Of a DNA stretch of 64,000 nucleotides, positions 48,864 through 58,515 are shown piece by piece. Position numbers and translations under genes: made by a program. Every line of letters starts with the position of its first letter. Position 1 is the first letter of the stretch. The DNA lies in NCBI GenBank assembly GCA_964430945.1, contig CAYSHH010000001.1, positions 6,473 through 70,472 of the forward strand, given 5' to 3'. The stretch comes from an uncultured Candidatus Saccharibacteria bacterium. Lineage in GTDB: Bacteria; Patescibacteriota; UBA1384; JAMDBS01; CAYSHH01. The notes under the pieces are model-generated. The model had not been told where the DNA came from. It did not search any database and was given only the letters and a program-made list of their open reading frames with translations.

Positions 48864-49304
48864 TTATTTATCTTTCCCGATTTTTGATTTTACAATTATC
48901 TTAATAACTGTCTTAACATCATGACCAAAGTCAATTTCTACTTTGTGATCACCAACTTCTTTAATCGGTTGAAAATTAACTTGTTTCACATCAATTTTTA
49001 GTTTTTCAGCAACCTGAGACGGTCCTATCGATCCATAAAGCTTGCCTTTGTTAGACGCTTTCAATTCAAATTTAAGTTCTTTATCTGCATAGTTCTTAGC
49101 AATACTCTCTATCTTTTTTATCTCGTTCTTTACTTTCTTTCTTTCACGAGAAATATTTTTTAATATAATCTTTGCTTTCTCGTCATCTGTTTTTACTGCC
49201 AATTTTTTTGGTAAAAGATAATTTCTCGCATATCCATTAGCTACCTCTTTTCTGTCACCAACAATTCCTAATCCTGATACATTTTCCAATAATACTACTT
49301 TCAT
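48864..49304 (-). CDS. rplI: 50S ribosomal protein L9
   Basis: 146 aa. MKVVLLENVSGLGIVGDRKEVANGYARNYLLPKKLA. Confidence 0.9.
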   Translation of the reverse strand: MKVVLLENVSGLGIVGDRKEVANGYARNYLLPKKLAVKTDDEKAKIILKNISRERKKVKNEIKKIESIAKNYADKELKFELKASNKGKLYGSIGPSQVAEKLKIDVKQVNFQPIKEVGDHKVEIDFGHDVKTVIKIIVKSKIGKDK

Positions 49305-49406
49305 ATGGTCCTTTCTATAATCTTTCTATCTTTCCCTCCAAAATGAATCTTTGTCAAATATATCAACCTAACAATATCTTATTAGAAATTACTCCTTTTG
49401 TAAACA

Positions 49407-50612
49407 TTATTTCTGAAATTCTTCCATCGCTTTTTGAAACTGCACATCTTCATCAGTACCAATTTTATTGGTATCCATCTCAACCTCAATATCTGGAGTA
49501 ATGCCCTCATCCTGAATTTGTCTTTGATTTGGAGTAAGCCAATTTGCCACTGTAATTTTTATCTGTGAACCATCAGGCAACTCTTCCAAATTTTGCACGC
49601 AGCCTTTACCAAATGTCTTTTCTCCTATCACAACACCACTTTTAGTATCTTGGATAGCTCCTGTAAAAATTTCAGACGAGGAAGCAGATCCACCATTGGC
49701 CAGTACTACTAGATCAACATCTCTCAATCTCGGAATATGAGTAGTATTGAGTGCTTCTTTCTGTGAGTTTCTGTCTTCTTCCCATACCACAACACCCTCT
49801 GGAATAAACAAACTTGTCACATCAACCGCAGTTGTTAAATATCCACCTGGATCATCTCTGACATCAACAATCATCTTATTGATATTTTTTGACTGCATTT
49901 CTTCGGCAACTTGATTGAGTTTATCAAAAGTGTCTTCTCCGAACTGAGAAATTCTTACATACATCACTCCGTTTTCCTTTTCCTCCCATTTAACCGATTC
50001 CACCAAAATAGTATCTCTGGTCACAACGACATCCTGTGTTTGCTCATCTCCATCGTGTAAAACTGTTAATGTCACATTCGTTCCCTTCTCGCCTCTAATC
50101 TTATTGATTGCCTCAGTAAAAGTGTAATCACCCACGTCAACACCATCAATTTTTACAATAATATCTTTCGATTTCATTCCAGCCTTCTGAGCAGGTGACC
50201 CATCCAAAGGAGATATAACAACCAACAATCCTCCTTTATTTGCAATTTCGATACCGATACCACCAAATTCACCCCCCAGATCTTCACTTAGCATCTTGGT
50301 TTCCTCAGGATTCATAAATACAGTATATGGATCGTTAAGAGAATCAAGCATTCCAGATATAGCACCATATGTCATTTTCTGAAAATCAAGGTTTTTATTA
50401 ATAAAATTAGACCTAACAATGTTCCAAGCATCCCAAAATATTGAGAAGTTTACTTCATTTGGTTTATTTTTATCAATATCCACTATTTTTACTTTTCCAC
50501 CAGATACAGTAAATAAATTTTTATGTCCAACACCATATCCTACAAAATAAACACCTACTAATATTAGTACAATTGAAACAAATTTAATTAATTTTCGTGT
50601 TTTCTTATTCAT
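49407..50612 (-). CDS. ctpA: Carboxyl-terminal processing protease (S41 family) with PDZ domain
   Basis: 401 aa. N-terminal TM; PDZ; S41 catalytic region (GGSASSSEIFTGAIQD, Ser/Lys dyad). Confidence 0.85.
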   Translation of the reverse strand: MNKKTRKLIKFVSIVLILVGVYFVGYGVGHKNLFTVSGGKVKIVDIDKNKPNEVNFSIFWDAWNIVRSNFINKNLDFQKMTYGAISGMLDSLNDPYTVFMNPEETKMLSEDLGGEFGGIGIEIANKGGLLVVISPLDGSPAQKAGMKSKDIIVKIDGVDVGDYTFTEAINKIRGEKGTNVTLTVLHDGDEQTQDVVVTRDTILVESVKWEEKENGVMYVRISQFGEDTFDKLNQVAEEMQSKNINKMIVDVRDDPGGYLTTAVDVTSLFIPEGVVVWEEDRNSQKEALNTTHIPRLRDVDLVVLANGGSASSSEIFTGAIQDTKSGVVIGEKTFGKGCVQNLEELPDGSQIKITVANWLTPNQRQIQDEGITPDIEVEMDTNKIGTDEDVQFQKAMEEFQK

Positions 50613-50620
50613 TAAACTCC

Positions 50621-51709
50621 TTATTTAATTATCCCTCCACCTAGAACTTTTTTGTTATTATAAAAAACTATTGACTGTCCACATGAAATTGCTCTTTGTT
50701 TCTCAAAAAAATACACATTGATACCATTTTCTACACACGTTATTCTACACTTTGCTTTTTTAGAGCATGATCTGATCTTTGCAGAAGCTAAAAAAACATT
50801 TCCTATACTCAGAGGATTAATCCAATTAATTTTTTCAACTGTAAGCCAGTTTTGATACAAATCTCTATTAAGACCCAATACAAGCTCATTTTTTTCTACA
50901 TTTAATTTTAACACATACAATTGCGGAATCATATCTTTACTTTTTTTTAATCTTGATTTTTCTAGATTAATTTTTGAAAGACCACTTCTTTGACCAACAG
51001 TATAGCAGATCAATCCTTCATGCTCGGCAATTTTAACACCACCTCGATCAACAACATCACCATTTTTTTTAAGTTTTTTGGCAGATTTATTTAAAAAATT
51101 TCTGATATTATTATCTTTTATAAAACAAATGTCTTGTGATTCACTTTCATTTTTAGATATTAATTTGTATTTTTTTGCAATTTCCTTAACCTCATCTTTT
51201 TTATAATCGCCTAAAGGAAAAATTATTCTCTTAAGATCATCTTTTCCCAGATTATACAAAAAATAACTTTGGTCCTTATTCTCATCCACCCCTTCCATTA
51301 ACTCAAAATGATAATTGGTATCTGTATCTTTTCCAACCTTTTTAATGCGAACATAGTGTCCAGTTGCCACATTATCGAAATTGTGTTTTTTGGCCAGTCG
51401 AAGCAATGTTTTAAATTTTATCTTTGGATTACAAACAACGCATGGGTTTGGAGTCCTACCTTGTTCATACTCACTAACGAAGTGATCGATAACCTCTTTT
51501 TTAAAATTATGCGATACGTCACAGATAATAAGCTTTATGCCAAGTTTTTTACAAATATTCTGAGTTTTCTTCTGATTTATATTCTGTCTAGATGTCATTT
51601 TGATAAATAAACCAGTCACATCATAACCTCTATCTATAAGCAATTTTGCACTTACTGCCGAATCAACACCACCAGACATCCCAACAAGAACATTTTTTTT
51701 ATGTTTCAT
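50621..51709 (-). CDS. mnmA: tRNA-specific 2-thiouridylase
   Basis: 362 aa. PP-loop VGMSGGVDSAV and the conserved Cys pair of MnmA. Confidence 0.9.
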   Translation of the reverse strand: MKHKKNVLVGMSGGVDSAVSAKLLIDRGYDVTGLFIKMTSRQNINQKKTQNICKKLGIKLIICDVSHNFKKEVIDHFVSEYEQGRTPNPCVVCNPKIKFKTLLRLAKKHNFDNVATGHYVRIKKVGKDTDTNYHFELMEGVDENKDQSYFLYNLGKDDLKRIIFPLGDYKKDEVKEIAKKYKLISKNESESQDICFIKDNNIRNFLNKSAKKLKKNGDVVDRGGVKIAEHEGLICYTVGQRSGLSKINLEKSRLKKSKDMIPQLYVLKLNVEKNELVLGLNRDLYQNWLTVEKINWINPLSIGNVFLASAKIRSCSKKAKCRITCVENGINVYFFEKQRAISCGQSIVFYNNKKVLGGGIIK

Positions 51710-51712
51710 AAA

Positions 51713-52330
51713 TCACCTTGTCAATAAATATAAACCACCAATTTCCCAAATTGCTGACACAAAAAGAATTACAACAATGAGGGGATAAAGTTTCAATGCA
51801 TCTATCCATGCATACTTAAATGCTTTCCATCTGTTTTTGGTCTTATATTTCTCTGGCCAAAATAAGCTTACGCCGATATTTGTACCTGCTGCAGCTGACA
51901 ATATATAAGCACCAAATTCGAGCAGTATTGTTCCAAATAACAATAAATAATACCAGCAATTACCGCCAATATCTCCATACAAAAGACCAATAAAAAATGC
52001 TCTTTCGACCATCACTAAAAGTGGTAATGGGAAAAAAACTCCTACAAGTGTAGTCGACAAAAAAGCCCCCAAAAAACTATTGTAACCAGTAGTATAGAAA
52101 ATAGCGTATATGATATTTTTACTTTGTATTGCCTGTACGATATTTTGTATTGCATCTGTTTTTTCAATCTGTAACATCAAATTTACTTTTAGAGAAGAAA
52201 CAATGTCAAGATCACTTTGAGACATAAAAAAACCAGCGCCAAGCGTGATTAGAGTTATCACAAAAACAATTATAACAATCGGTTTTATTTTTTTTAGAAC
52301 CTCTAGAGATTGCGAGAATATTTTAATCAT
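51713..52330 (-). CDS. Polytopic membrane protein, SpoIIM/DUF95-like (tentative)
   Basis: 5-6 TM helices with a GTILLEFGAYILSAAAG motif. ORF track extends to 52417 into iscU; start trimmed to MIKIFSQ. Confidence 0.4.
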   Translation of the reverse strand: MIKIFSQSLEVLKKIKPIVIIVFVITLITLGAGFFMSQSDLDIVSSLKVNLMLQIEKTDAIQNIVQAIQSKNIIYAIFYTTGYNSFLGAFLSTTLVGVFFPLPLLVMVERAFFIGLLYGDIGGNCWYYLLLFGTILLEFGAYILSAAAGTNIGVSLFWPEKYKTKNRWKAFKYAWIDALKLYPLIVVILFVSAIWEIGGLYLLTR

Positions 52331-52733
52331 TCTTTTTTTTATATTTCTCAATTGCCTTTTTAATACCCTGTTCAGCCAATAATGAACAATGATATTTAAC
52401 CTTTGGCAACCCACCAAGTTTCTTTACAATTTCCTGATTGCTAATTTTTAAGGCATTATCAAGCGATTTACCCTTTATTATTTCAGTAGCGATCGATGAA
52501 GTTGCAATAGCCGCTCCACAACCTAGAGTGAGTACTTTTACATCCTTAATATATTCTTCTTCTTTTCCACCCTTTTTACGTTTATCTATCTTAAGATACA
52601 CTTTCATTACATCACCACACTTAGGATTTCCAACCATAGCTACGCTATCAGCATCTTTAATTTTTCCTATATTCTTAGGATTGATAAAATACTGCATTAC
52701 TTTTTGCGAGTATAAATCAAAATTATCTTTCAT
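52323..52733 (-). CDS. iscU: Fe-S cluster assembly scaffold, IscU/NifU N-terminal domain type
   Basis: 136 aa with three conserved Cys (GNPKCGDVMKV, LTLGCGAAIA, YHCSLLAEQ). Confidence 0.85.
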   Translation of the reverse strand: MKDNFDLYSQKVMQYFINPKNIGKIKDADSVAMVGNPKCGDVMKVYLKIDKRKKGGKEEEYIKDVKVLTLGCGAAIATSSIATEIIKGKSLDNALKISNQEIVKKLGGLPKVKYHCSLLAEQGIKKAIEKYKKKND

Positions 52734-52746
52734 ATATATCTCCTAA

Positions 52747-53487
52747 CTAATAATTTTTTAAGACATATTCTCTAGCCTTGTCCTCAAGATTATCGTTTAT
52801 TTTTTTAAGTTTAATCGGTTTATTATACTTAACCTCAAGCGCTTTTTCAAGAAGCCAATCGGTGACTTGTGGATTTTTAGGCAAAAAAGGTCCATGTAGA
52901 TACGTTCCTATAAAATTTTTTGAGATTATACCTTCAGTCTTATCTACACCATTATTACCACCACCTCTGATAATTTTTCCCATAGCTTCAGATTTATTTG
53001 CTAAAAATGTCCTTCCACTATGATTTTCAAACCCGGCAAGTTTCTCACTACCAAATATCTTACTCTCTACAAATACATTTCCAACCATGCGCTCTTTGCT
53101 GCCAAATGTATTCGCATCAAATATGCCTATGCCTCTTATCTTGCTTCCTTCGCAAGTTTGAAAAAAATTACCCAAAAGCTGGTATCCACCACATATCGTA
53201 AGCATAGGTTTACCAGTATCATAAAATTTCTTAATATCTACCGATTTTATCTGTAAATCTCTGGCCACTACTTTCTGTTCTTTGTCCTGTCCACCACCAA
53301 AAAAAGCTAGGTCAATTTTTTTATAGTCAAATTTATCTCCTATTTCAATATTTTCAATCTCAACATCAATATTTCTCATCTTTGCTCGATAAGTCATCGC
53401 TACAATATTTCCTCTATCACCATAAAGATTCATTGTCTTCGAATAAAGCCACCCAATTGTAAGTTTTTTATTTTGTATCATATGCAA
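52747..53487 (-). CDS. gatD: Lipid II isoglutaminyl synthase glutaminase subunit (CobQ/CobB-type GATase)
   Basis: 246 aa. Type-3 GATase with catalytic Cys (ICGGYQLLG) and His; immediately downstream of the murT-like gene. Confidence 0.7.
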   Translation of the reverse strand: MHMIQNKKLTIGWLYSKTMNLYGDRGNIVAMTYRAKMRNIDVEIENIEIGDKFDYKKIDLAFFGGGQDKEQKVVARDLQIKSVDIKKFYDTGKPMLTICGGYQLLGNFFQTCEGSKIRGIGIFDANTFGSKERMVGNVFVESKIFGSEKLAGFENHSGRTFLANKSEAMGKIIRGGGNNGVDKTEGIISKNFIGTYLHGPFLPKNPQVTDWLLEKALEVKYNKPIKLKKINDNLEDKAREYVLKNY

Positions 53488-53502
53488 AATATTATTGTAA
53501 AA

Positions 53503-54882
53503 TTAAACCTTTTCTACTAATCCCTTCTTCTCTAATATCTTTCTAATTTCAAGCATAGCAGTATAAGTTGGCAGTATATAAATACACTCATCGTCGCCAA
53601 TCTTTTTTCCACCAGCAATTTCAATCTCTTTCCAATAATTATTACTTACTTTTATATATTTTTCGTCCACACCAGCATATTTTAAACGCAGTGCCAAATC
53701 GTATTTTCTTGTACCCATACTTACTATTTTCTTCATATCACCCAAGGACTCAAAGTCAACATCATATATCCACGATACATCTGTACCGTCAGCAATCTTA
53801 TCATTGAGCGCACAGATAACATACTTATCTTTTGCTTGATTCAGTATTTCAATTGCAGTATTCGCCCCAGTGGGATTTTTTACAAGAATTATTCTAAATT
53901 TATTATTTTTGTATACAAATTCTTCCATTCTGCCAAATGCAGGCTTAAAACTGACAAAAGATTGTGCGATCGAATCTTCGGTAAATTCCCACTCTTTGGC
54001 AACAATAAATGCAGCCAGTGCATTATAAACATTATATGACCCCAATATCTTTATATTTATCTTCACAATTGATTTATTGTCATAAAGCTTAAACTCAATA
54101 CTGTCCTTGCAATGCACAATTTCGTCTGCCCACATATCAAGCTTTGGTCTTGAGCTATTACATCCCACGCAGTAGTAATCTCCCAGATGAGAGAACATTC
54201 TTGTCTTATAATTTAGTATTTGTCTACAATTAAAACATCTTACCGAATCAGATGCATGTTCAATCTCATCCTCATTTATCTTTTTATGAGTTCGAATACC
54301 ATAAAATATTTTATCTCCCCGAAAAGAATTAGCGATTGAAGCCAATGACGGGTCGTCAGCATTCACCACAAGCAATGTCTTCGCTGATAATTTTTGAAGA
54401 GTATCTTGCCACTTTCTAGCAATAGTATCCAATTCACCATATCTATCTAGCTGATCACGAAATATATTTCCCAATATCACCACATCCGGTTTTATCACGC
54501 TGGCAATATTAGCAAATTCTGCCTCGTCTACCTCGAACACTCCATAATTTAACTGAATATTGCCAACATAATCTGATTTCTCAATAAGAGCCGAGGCTAT
54601 ACCACGAGCCAAGTTTGAGCCACTTGAGTTTCTAACATAGTTTTCACAGTTTTCCTTGAGGATACCCGCTACCATCTCTGATGTTGTCGTCTTGCCATTA
54701 GTAGCAGTTATAATAACTTTTTTCTCAATGCCGCGCGACAAATCACGTATTAGATCAGGATAAATTTTGAGTGCGATAAGACCGGGGGCAGACTGTCCCG
54801 AACCACGTCCAAAAGCTTGGGTCAAAAACCCAATAAACTTTCCGACTAATATTGCCACACATAATCTTATTGACTTAATCAT
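53503..54882 (-). CDS. murT: Lipid II isoglutaminyl synthase, Mur-ligase-family subunit
   Basis: 459 aa. Mur ligase P-loop (TATNGKTTTSEMVAGIL), the MurT-specific Cys4 ribbon CFNCRQ...CVGCNS, and a C-terminal DUF1727-like domain. Confidence 0.8.
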   Translation of the reverse strand: MIKSIRLCVAILVGKFIGFLTQAFGRGSGQSAPGLIALKIYPDLIRDLSRGIEKKVIITATNGKTTTSEMVAGILKENCENYVRNSSGSNLARGIASALIEKSDYVGNIQLNYGVFEVDEAEFANIASVIKPDVVILGNIFRDQLDRYGELDTIARKWQDTLQKLSAKTLLVVNADDPSLASIANSFRGDKIFYGIRTHKKINEDEIEHASDSVRCFNCRQILNYKTRMFSHLGDYYCVGCNSSRPKLDMWADEIVHCKDSIEFKLYDNKSIVKINIKILGSYNVYNALAAFIVAKEWEFTEDSIAQSFVSFKPAFGRMEEFVYKNNKFRIILVKNPTGANTAIEILNQAKDKYVICALNDKIADGTDVSWIYDVDFESLGDMKKIVSMGTRKYDLALRLKYAGVDEKYIKVSNNYWKEIEIAGGKKIGDDECIYILPTYTAMLEIRKILEKKGLVEKV

Positions 54883-54944
54883 AATTTTATGATATATTAT
54901 CTGGTCTTTAAAAAAACAAATTCTTTAAAAAAGGAGTCGAAAAA

Positions 54945-55139
54945 ATGGGAAAACATGAAGAAATTTTTGCTTTCATGATTTTGATCATCTTTAGAATAGC
55001 AGGATGTTTTGTTGTCTGGTATATAAAACCAGGTGACTACAAACTTCTTGGAGGAGTGATTGTCTTGTTAGTTTTACTAACATTCTTCGACTGGCATCAA
55101 AACCAGTGGGCAAAAAAGGAATACAAAACAAAAGGATAG
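54945..55139 (+). CDS. Small membrane protein (2 TM), hypothetical
   Basis: 64 aa, preceded by AAAGGAG. One of only two plus-strand ORFs in a long minus-strand run. Confidence 0.3.
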   Translation: MGKHEEIFAFMILIIFRIAGCFVVWYIKPGDYKLLGGVIVLLVLLTFFDWHQNQWAKKEYKTKG

Positions 55140-55186
55140 ATTTTTTCTATTTTTTCCGATCAAAATTTAACTTGGGAGGTGAAAAA

Positions 55187-55360
55187 ATGAAATTTTCAAA
55201 ATGGATCTTCGCATTTTTAATTGCGATCATCTATACAATCGGCATTGGTAAAATAGTTACCGATTTAACCATAGCCGGTAAACCAGTATTGGCATATGCA
55301 TTTTTTGGAATTGCAAATATAATAATGGGGGGGGTTGCAGCAATACATGCCCGAGACTAA
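55187..55360 (+). CDS. Small membrane protein (2 TM), hypothetical
   Basis: 57 aa (MKFSKW...), preceded by GGGAGGTGAAAAA-ATG; followed by a terminator. ORF track extends it upstream to 55106. Confidence 0.35.
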   Translation: MKFSKWIFAFLIAIIYTIGIGKIVTDLTIAGKPVLAYAFFGIANIIMGGVAAIHARD

Positions 55361-55372
55361 CAGACTTATAAC

Positions 55373-55397
55373 CCGCAGCACTCGCTGCGGTTTTTTT
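55373..55397 (+). terminator. Rho-independent terminator CCGCAGC-actc-GCTGCGG + T7
   Basis: Between the plus-strand small ORFs and the iscS stop. Confidence 0.6.
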
Positions 55398-55406
55398 ATC
55401 TAAATT

Positions 55407-56588
55407 TTATTTCCCAAACGGACTCATCATTCTTAATTTACTAACAATTTTTTTTAATACTCTGATTGTATAATCTATATCTTCTTTCGTTGTTGTATCT
55501 CCCAAAGTAAATCTGATCGATCCATGTGCATCCTCATGCTTAAGTCCAATTGCCAAAAGTACATGGGATGGATCCAAACTTCCTGACGTACAAGCCGAAC
55601 CAGAACTAGCTGCGATTCCTGCCCCATCAAGATGCAAAAGTATTGCCTCACCTTCAATATATTTAAAACTAATATTTACATTGTTTGGATTTCTCTTGAC
55701 TCTGTCTCCATTTAAAAACGTATTCGGGATTTCTTTTAAGATTTTTTCAATAAAGTAATCTCTCAATTCTTTGATTATTTGATTTTTTCTTTTTGATTTT
55801 TCAATTAGCTCTATCGCTTTTCCTATCCCCACAATTCCTGGGGTATTATATGTCCCAGCCCTCAAATTATTTTCTTGAGCGCCACCAATATTTTCTCGAT
55901 GTAGTTTTACTCCTTTTTTTACATAAAGCAAACCTACGCCTTTAGGCCCCCCAAACTTATGAGCTGACACACTCATCATGTCCACACCTAGCTTTTTCAC
56001 ATTACAATTTTGATATCCGACAGCCTGCACAGCATCGGTATGAAAATACAACTTATCGTATTTTCCAATCAATTTTCCAATTTCCGCAATTGGCTGAACG
56101 GTACCGATCTCATTATTTACATACATTATCGTAACCAGTACTGTATTTTTTTTAATAGCTTTCTCTATATCACTAACACAAATGATTCCCTTATTATCAG
56201 GTTTCACATAAGTTAACTCTATCAAACCTCGCTTCTCTAAATCCTTACACGTATCAAGTACTGCGTGATGTTCAAAAGCTGAGGTGATAATATGTGGTTT
56301 CGATTTCAAATCTAAAAATTCCGATTTTATAATATTGTTTATCAACCCTTTGATTGCCAGATTATCAGACTCCGTACCACCAGATGTAAAAATTATTTCT
56401 CTAGCGTCACAACCAAAATACTTAGCAATCTCGTCTCTCGCTTCTTCTATTGCCTTTTTTGCGTCTCTCCCAAAACCATGAACACTCGACGCATTACCAT
56501 ATTTTTCTGAAAAATATGGTAACATCACCTCAAGAACTTCTTTTTTTACCGGACCAGTTGCCGCATAATCAAGATATATCTTTTTCAT
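55407..56588 (-). CDS. iscS: Cysteine desulfurase (class V aminotransferase, IscS/NifS type)
   Basis: 393 aa. PLP lysine motif SAHKFGGPKGVGLLYV; active-site Cys in SSGSACTSG. Confidence 0.9.
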   Translation of the reverse strand: MKKIYLDYAATGPVKKEVLEVMLPYFSEKYGNASSVHGFGRDAKKAIEEARDEIAKYFGCDAREIIFTSGGTESDNLAIKGLINNIIKSEFLDLKSKPHIITSAFEHHAVLDTCKDLEKRGLIELTYVKPDNKGIICVSDIEKAIKKNTVLVTIMYVNNEIGTVQPIAEIGKLIGKYDKLYFHTDAVQAVGYQNCNVKKLGVDMMSVSAHKFGGPKGVGLLYVKKGVKLHRENIGGAQENNLRAGTYNTPGIVGIGKAIELIEKSKRKNQIIKELRDYFIEKILKEIPNTFLNGDRVKRNPNNVNISFKYIEGEAILLHLDGAGIAASSGSACTSGSLDPSHVLLAIGLKHEDAHGSIRFTLGDTTTKEDIDYTIRVLKKIVSKLRMMSPFGK

Positions 56589-56597
56589 AACAATTTC

Positions 56598-56837
56598 TTA
56601 TTTTGTTTTTTTATCTTTCTGCAAATTAAGTTCATCCACCAAACTTCTCACACAACCACGGCATTCACCTGTAAGACACTCGTATTCTTCCTGTGGGACC
56701 AATACAGCAACCGGTTTGGAATAGCGCATCACCTGATAAGTATTTCCTTTTTCTACGTCTTTAATAATTTTCGAAACACCTGATTGTAATTTATTGATTG
56801 TTACGCTCTTTCGTGTTGTTTTTTTCATAATATTCAC
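56598..56837 (-). CDS. Phd/YefM-fold small protein with C-terminal Cx4Cx2C motif
   Basis: 79 aa. N-terminal KSVTINKLQSGVSKIIKDVEKGNTYQVMRYSKPVAVLVPQEEY matches the Phd/YefM antitoxin fold, followed by ECLTGECRGCV. 9 nt upstream of iscS; no toxin gene adjacent. Confidence 0.55.
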   Translation of the reverse strand: MNIMKKTTRKSVTINKLQSGVSKIIKDVEKGNTYQVMRYSKPVAVLVPQEEYECLTGECRGCVRSLVDELNLQKDKKTK

Positions 56838-56883
56838 TTTAACTTGTTGATCATATGTAATATAACATTATATATAATATAAA

Positions 56884-58515
56884 TCAAACTTTTTTAGATG
56901 CTCGAACTAACTCCATAAATAAAGGATGTGGTTTTGTTGGCCAAGACCTAAACTCTGGATGAAATTGCACTCCTACAAAAAATGGATGGTCATTTTTATT
57001 TAGTTCTACTATTTCTACGATATGATTGTCTGGACTAGTACCTGCAACTACCAATCCGGCTTTCTCAAGCTTTTGTCGGAATTTATTATTGAATTCAAAT
57101 CTATGACGATGTCGCTCTCCGATCAAATTCCTCTTATAAGCACGATACGATATTGATCCTTTTTTTATCTTTGCTGAATACTCTCCTAAACGCATCGTGC
57201 CACCATAGTCACGATCTAGCATTTTCTTTTCTTGTTCTGGCATTATATGTATTACCTGATTTTTGCTATTCTTTACAATCTCTTCAGTACAGGCACCTTT
57301 AATCTTTGCCACATTTCTAGCAAATTCTATTGTCGCAAGTTGCATGCCATAACAAAGTCCAAGATATGGTATTTTATTAATACGTGCATATTTAATTGCC
57401 GATATTATACCTTCAATTCCTCTAGATCCAAACCCACCAGGCACGACAACACCATCGTATTGACTAAGCTTTTTAAGATTTTTTTTGTCATCTTCAAATT
57501 CTTGAGCATTTATCCAACTCAAATCTATATTTACACCATTCGCCCAACCAGCATGCTTTATTGCTTCAATAACAGAAATATAAACATCAGACAACATAAA
57601 ATCACCCGTCTGAAAATATTTTCCAACAAGCGCTATTTTGATGTTATCTTTGGCTTTTTTCATCTGTTGCACCAACTTACGCCATTTTGCACCATCTTTA
57701 AGTTTGGGCGCCAACCCAAATTTGGACAGTATTTTTTCTGCTATACATTGTTGATCCAAGATATATGGTATTTCATAAATACTATCGACGTCTGGGTCAG
57801 AAAATATATGCTCAGTTGACACATTGCAAAATAACGAAATTCTTTCTTTTCTCTTCTCATCCATTTCAATCTCAGCTCGCCCAATAATAAAATCTGGTTG
57901 TATTCCCATTGAATTAAGTGCTTGTACTGATTGCTGAACAGGTTTTGTTTTCATCTCACCAAGCTTCGCGGGTATTGGCAAATATGCCAAGTGGATTTGC
58001 AAAATATCATCTGGGTGTTTCATTTTCATCAATCTTGCTGCCTCAAAAAATAATGCGTTTTGATATTCTCCTACAGTTCCGCCAAGCTCAACCAATACAA
58101 TTTCTGCTTTGTTACTAGTACCAGCAAGTTCAATCCGTCTTATAATTTCATTTGACACGTGTGGAATCGCTTCTACATCTTCACCGTCATACCCAAACGC
58201 ACGTTCTTTTTGCAATACTTCCCAATAAACTTGCCCTGTTGTTATATAATTTGTTTTATTGAGTTCTTGTCCCAAAAATCTCTCATAGTTGCCAACATCT
58301 TGATCGGTTTCCATACCATCATTTGTCACAAATACTTCCCCATGCTCGGTGGGGCGTATAGTTCCAGCATCAAGATTGAGATACATGTCTATCTTTACAG
58401 CTGTTACCTTGTATCCACGCGATTTCAATAAATTTCCAATCGATGCAGTAATTATCCCTTTACCAAGTCCAGACAACACCCCCCCAGAAATAAAAATAAA
58501 TTTAGGTCTTTTCAT
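56884..58515 (-). CDS. pyrG: CTP synthase
   Basis: 543 aa. N-terminal synthetase domain (FISGGVLSGLGKGI) and C-terminal GATase (GLCYGMQ). Confidence 0.95.
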   Translation of the reverse strand: MKRPKFIFISGGVLSGLGKGIITASIGNLLKSRGYKVTAVKIDMYLNLDAGTIRPTEHGEVFVTNDGMETDQDVGNYERFLGQELNKTNYITTGQVYWEVLQKERAFGYDGEDVEAIPHVSNEIIRRIELAGTSNKAEIVLVELGGTVGEYQNALFFEAARLMKMKHPDDILQIHLAYLPIPAKLGEMKTKPVQQSVQALNSMGIQPDFIIGRAEIEMDEKRKERISLFCNVSTEHIFSDPDVDSIYEIPYILDQQCIAEKILSKFGLAPKLKDGAKWRKLVQQMKKAKDNIKIALVGKYFQTGDFMLSDVYISVIEAIKHAGWANGVNIDLSWINAQEFEDDKKNLKKLSQYDGVVVPGGFGSRGIEGIISAIKYARINKIPYLGLCYGMQLATIEFARNVAKIKGACTEEIVKNSKNQVIHIMPEQEKKMLDRDYGGTMRLGEYSAKIKKGSISYRAYKRNLIGERHRHRFEFNNKFRQKLEKAGLVVAGTSPDNHIVEIVELNKNDHPFFVGVQFHPEFRSWPTKPHPLFMELVRASKKV

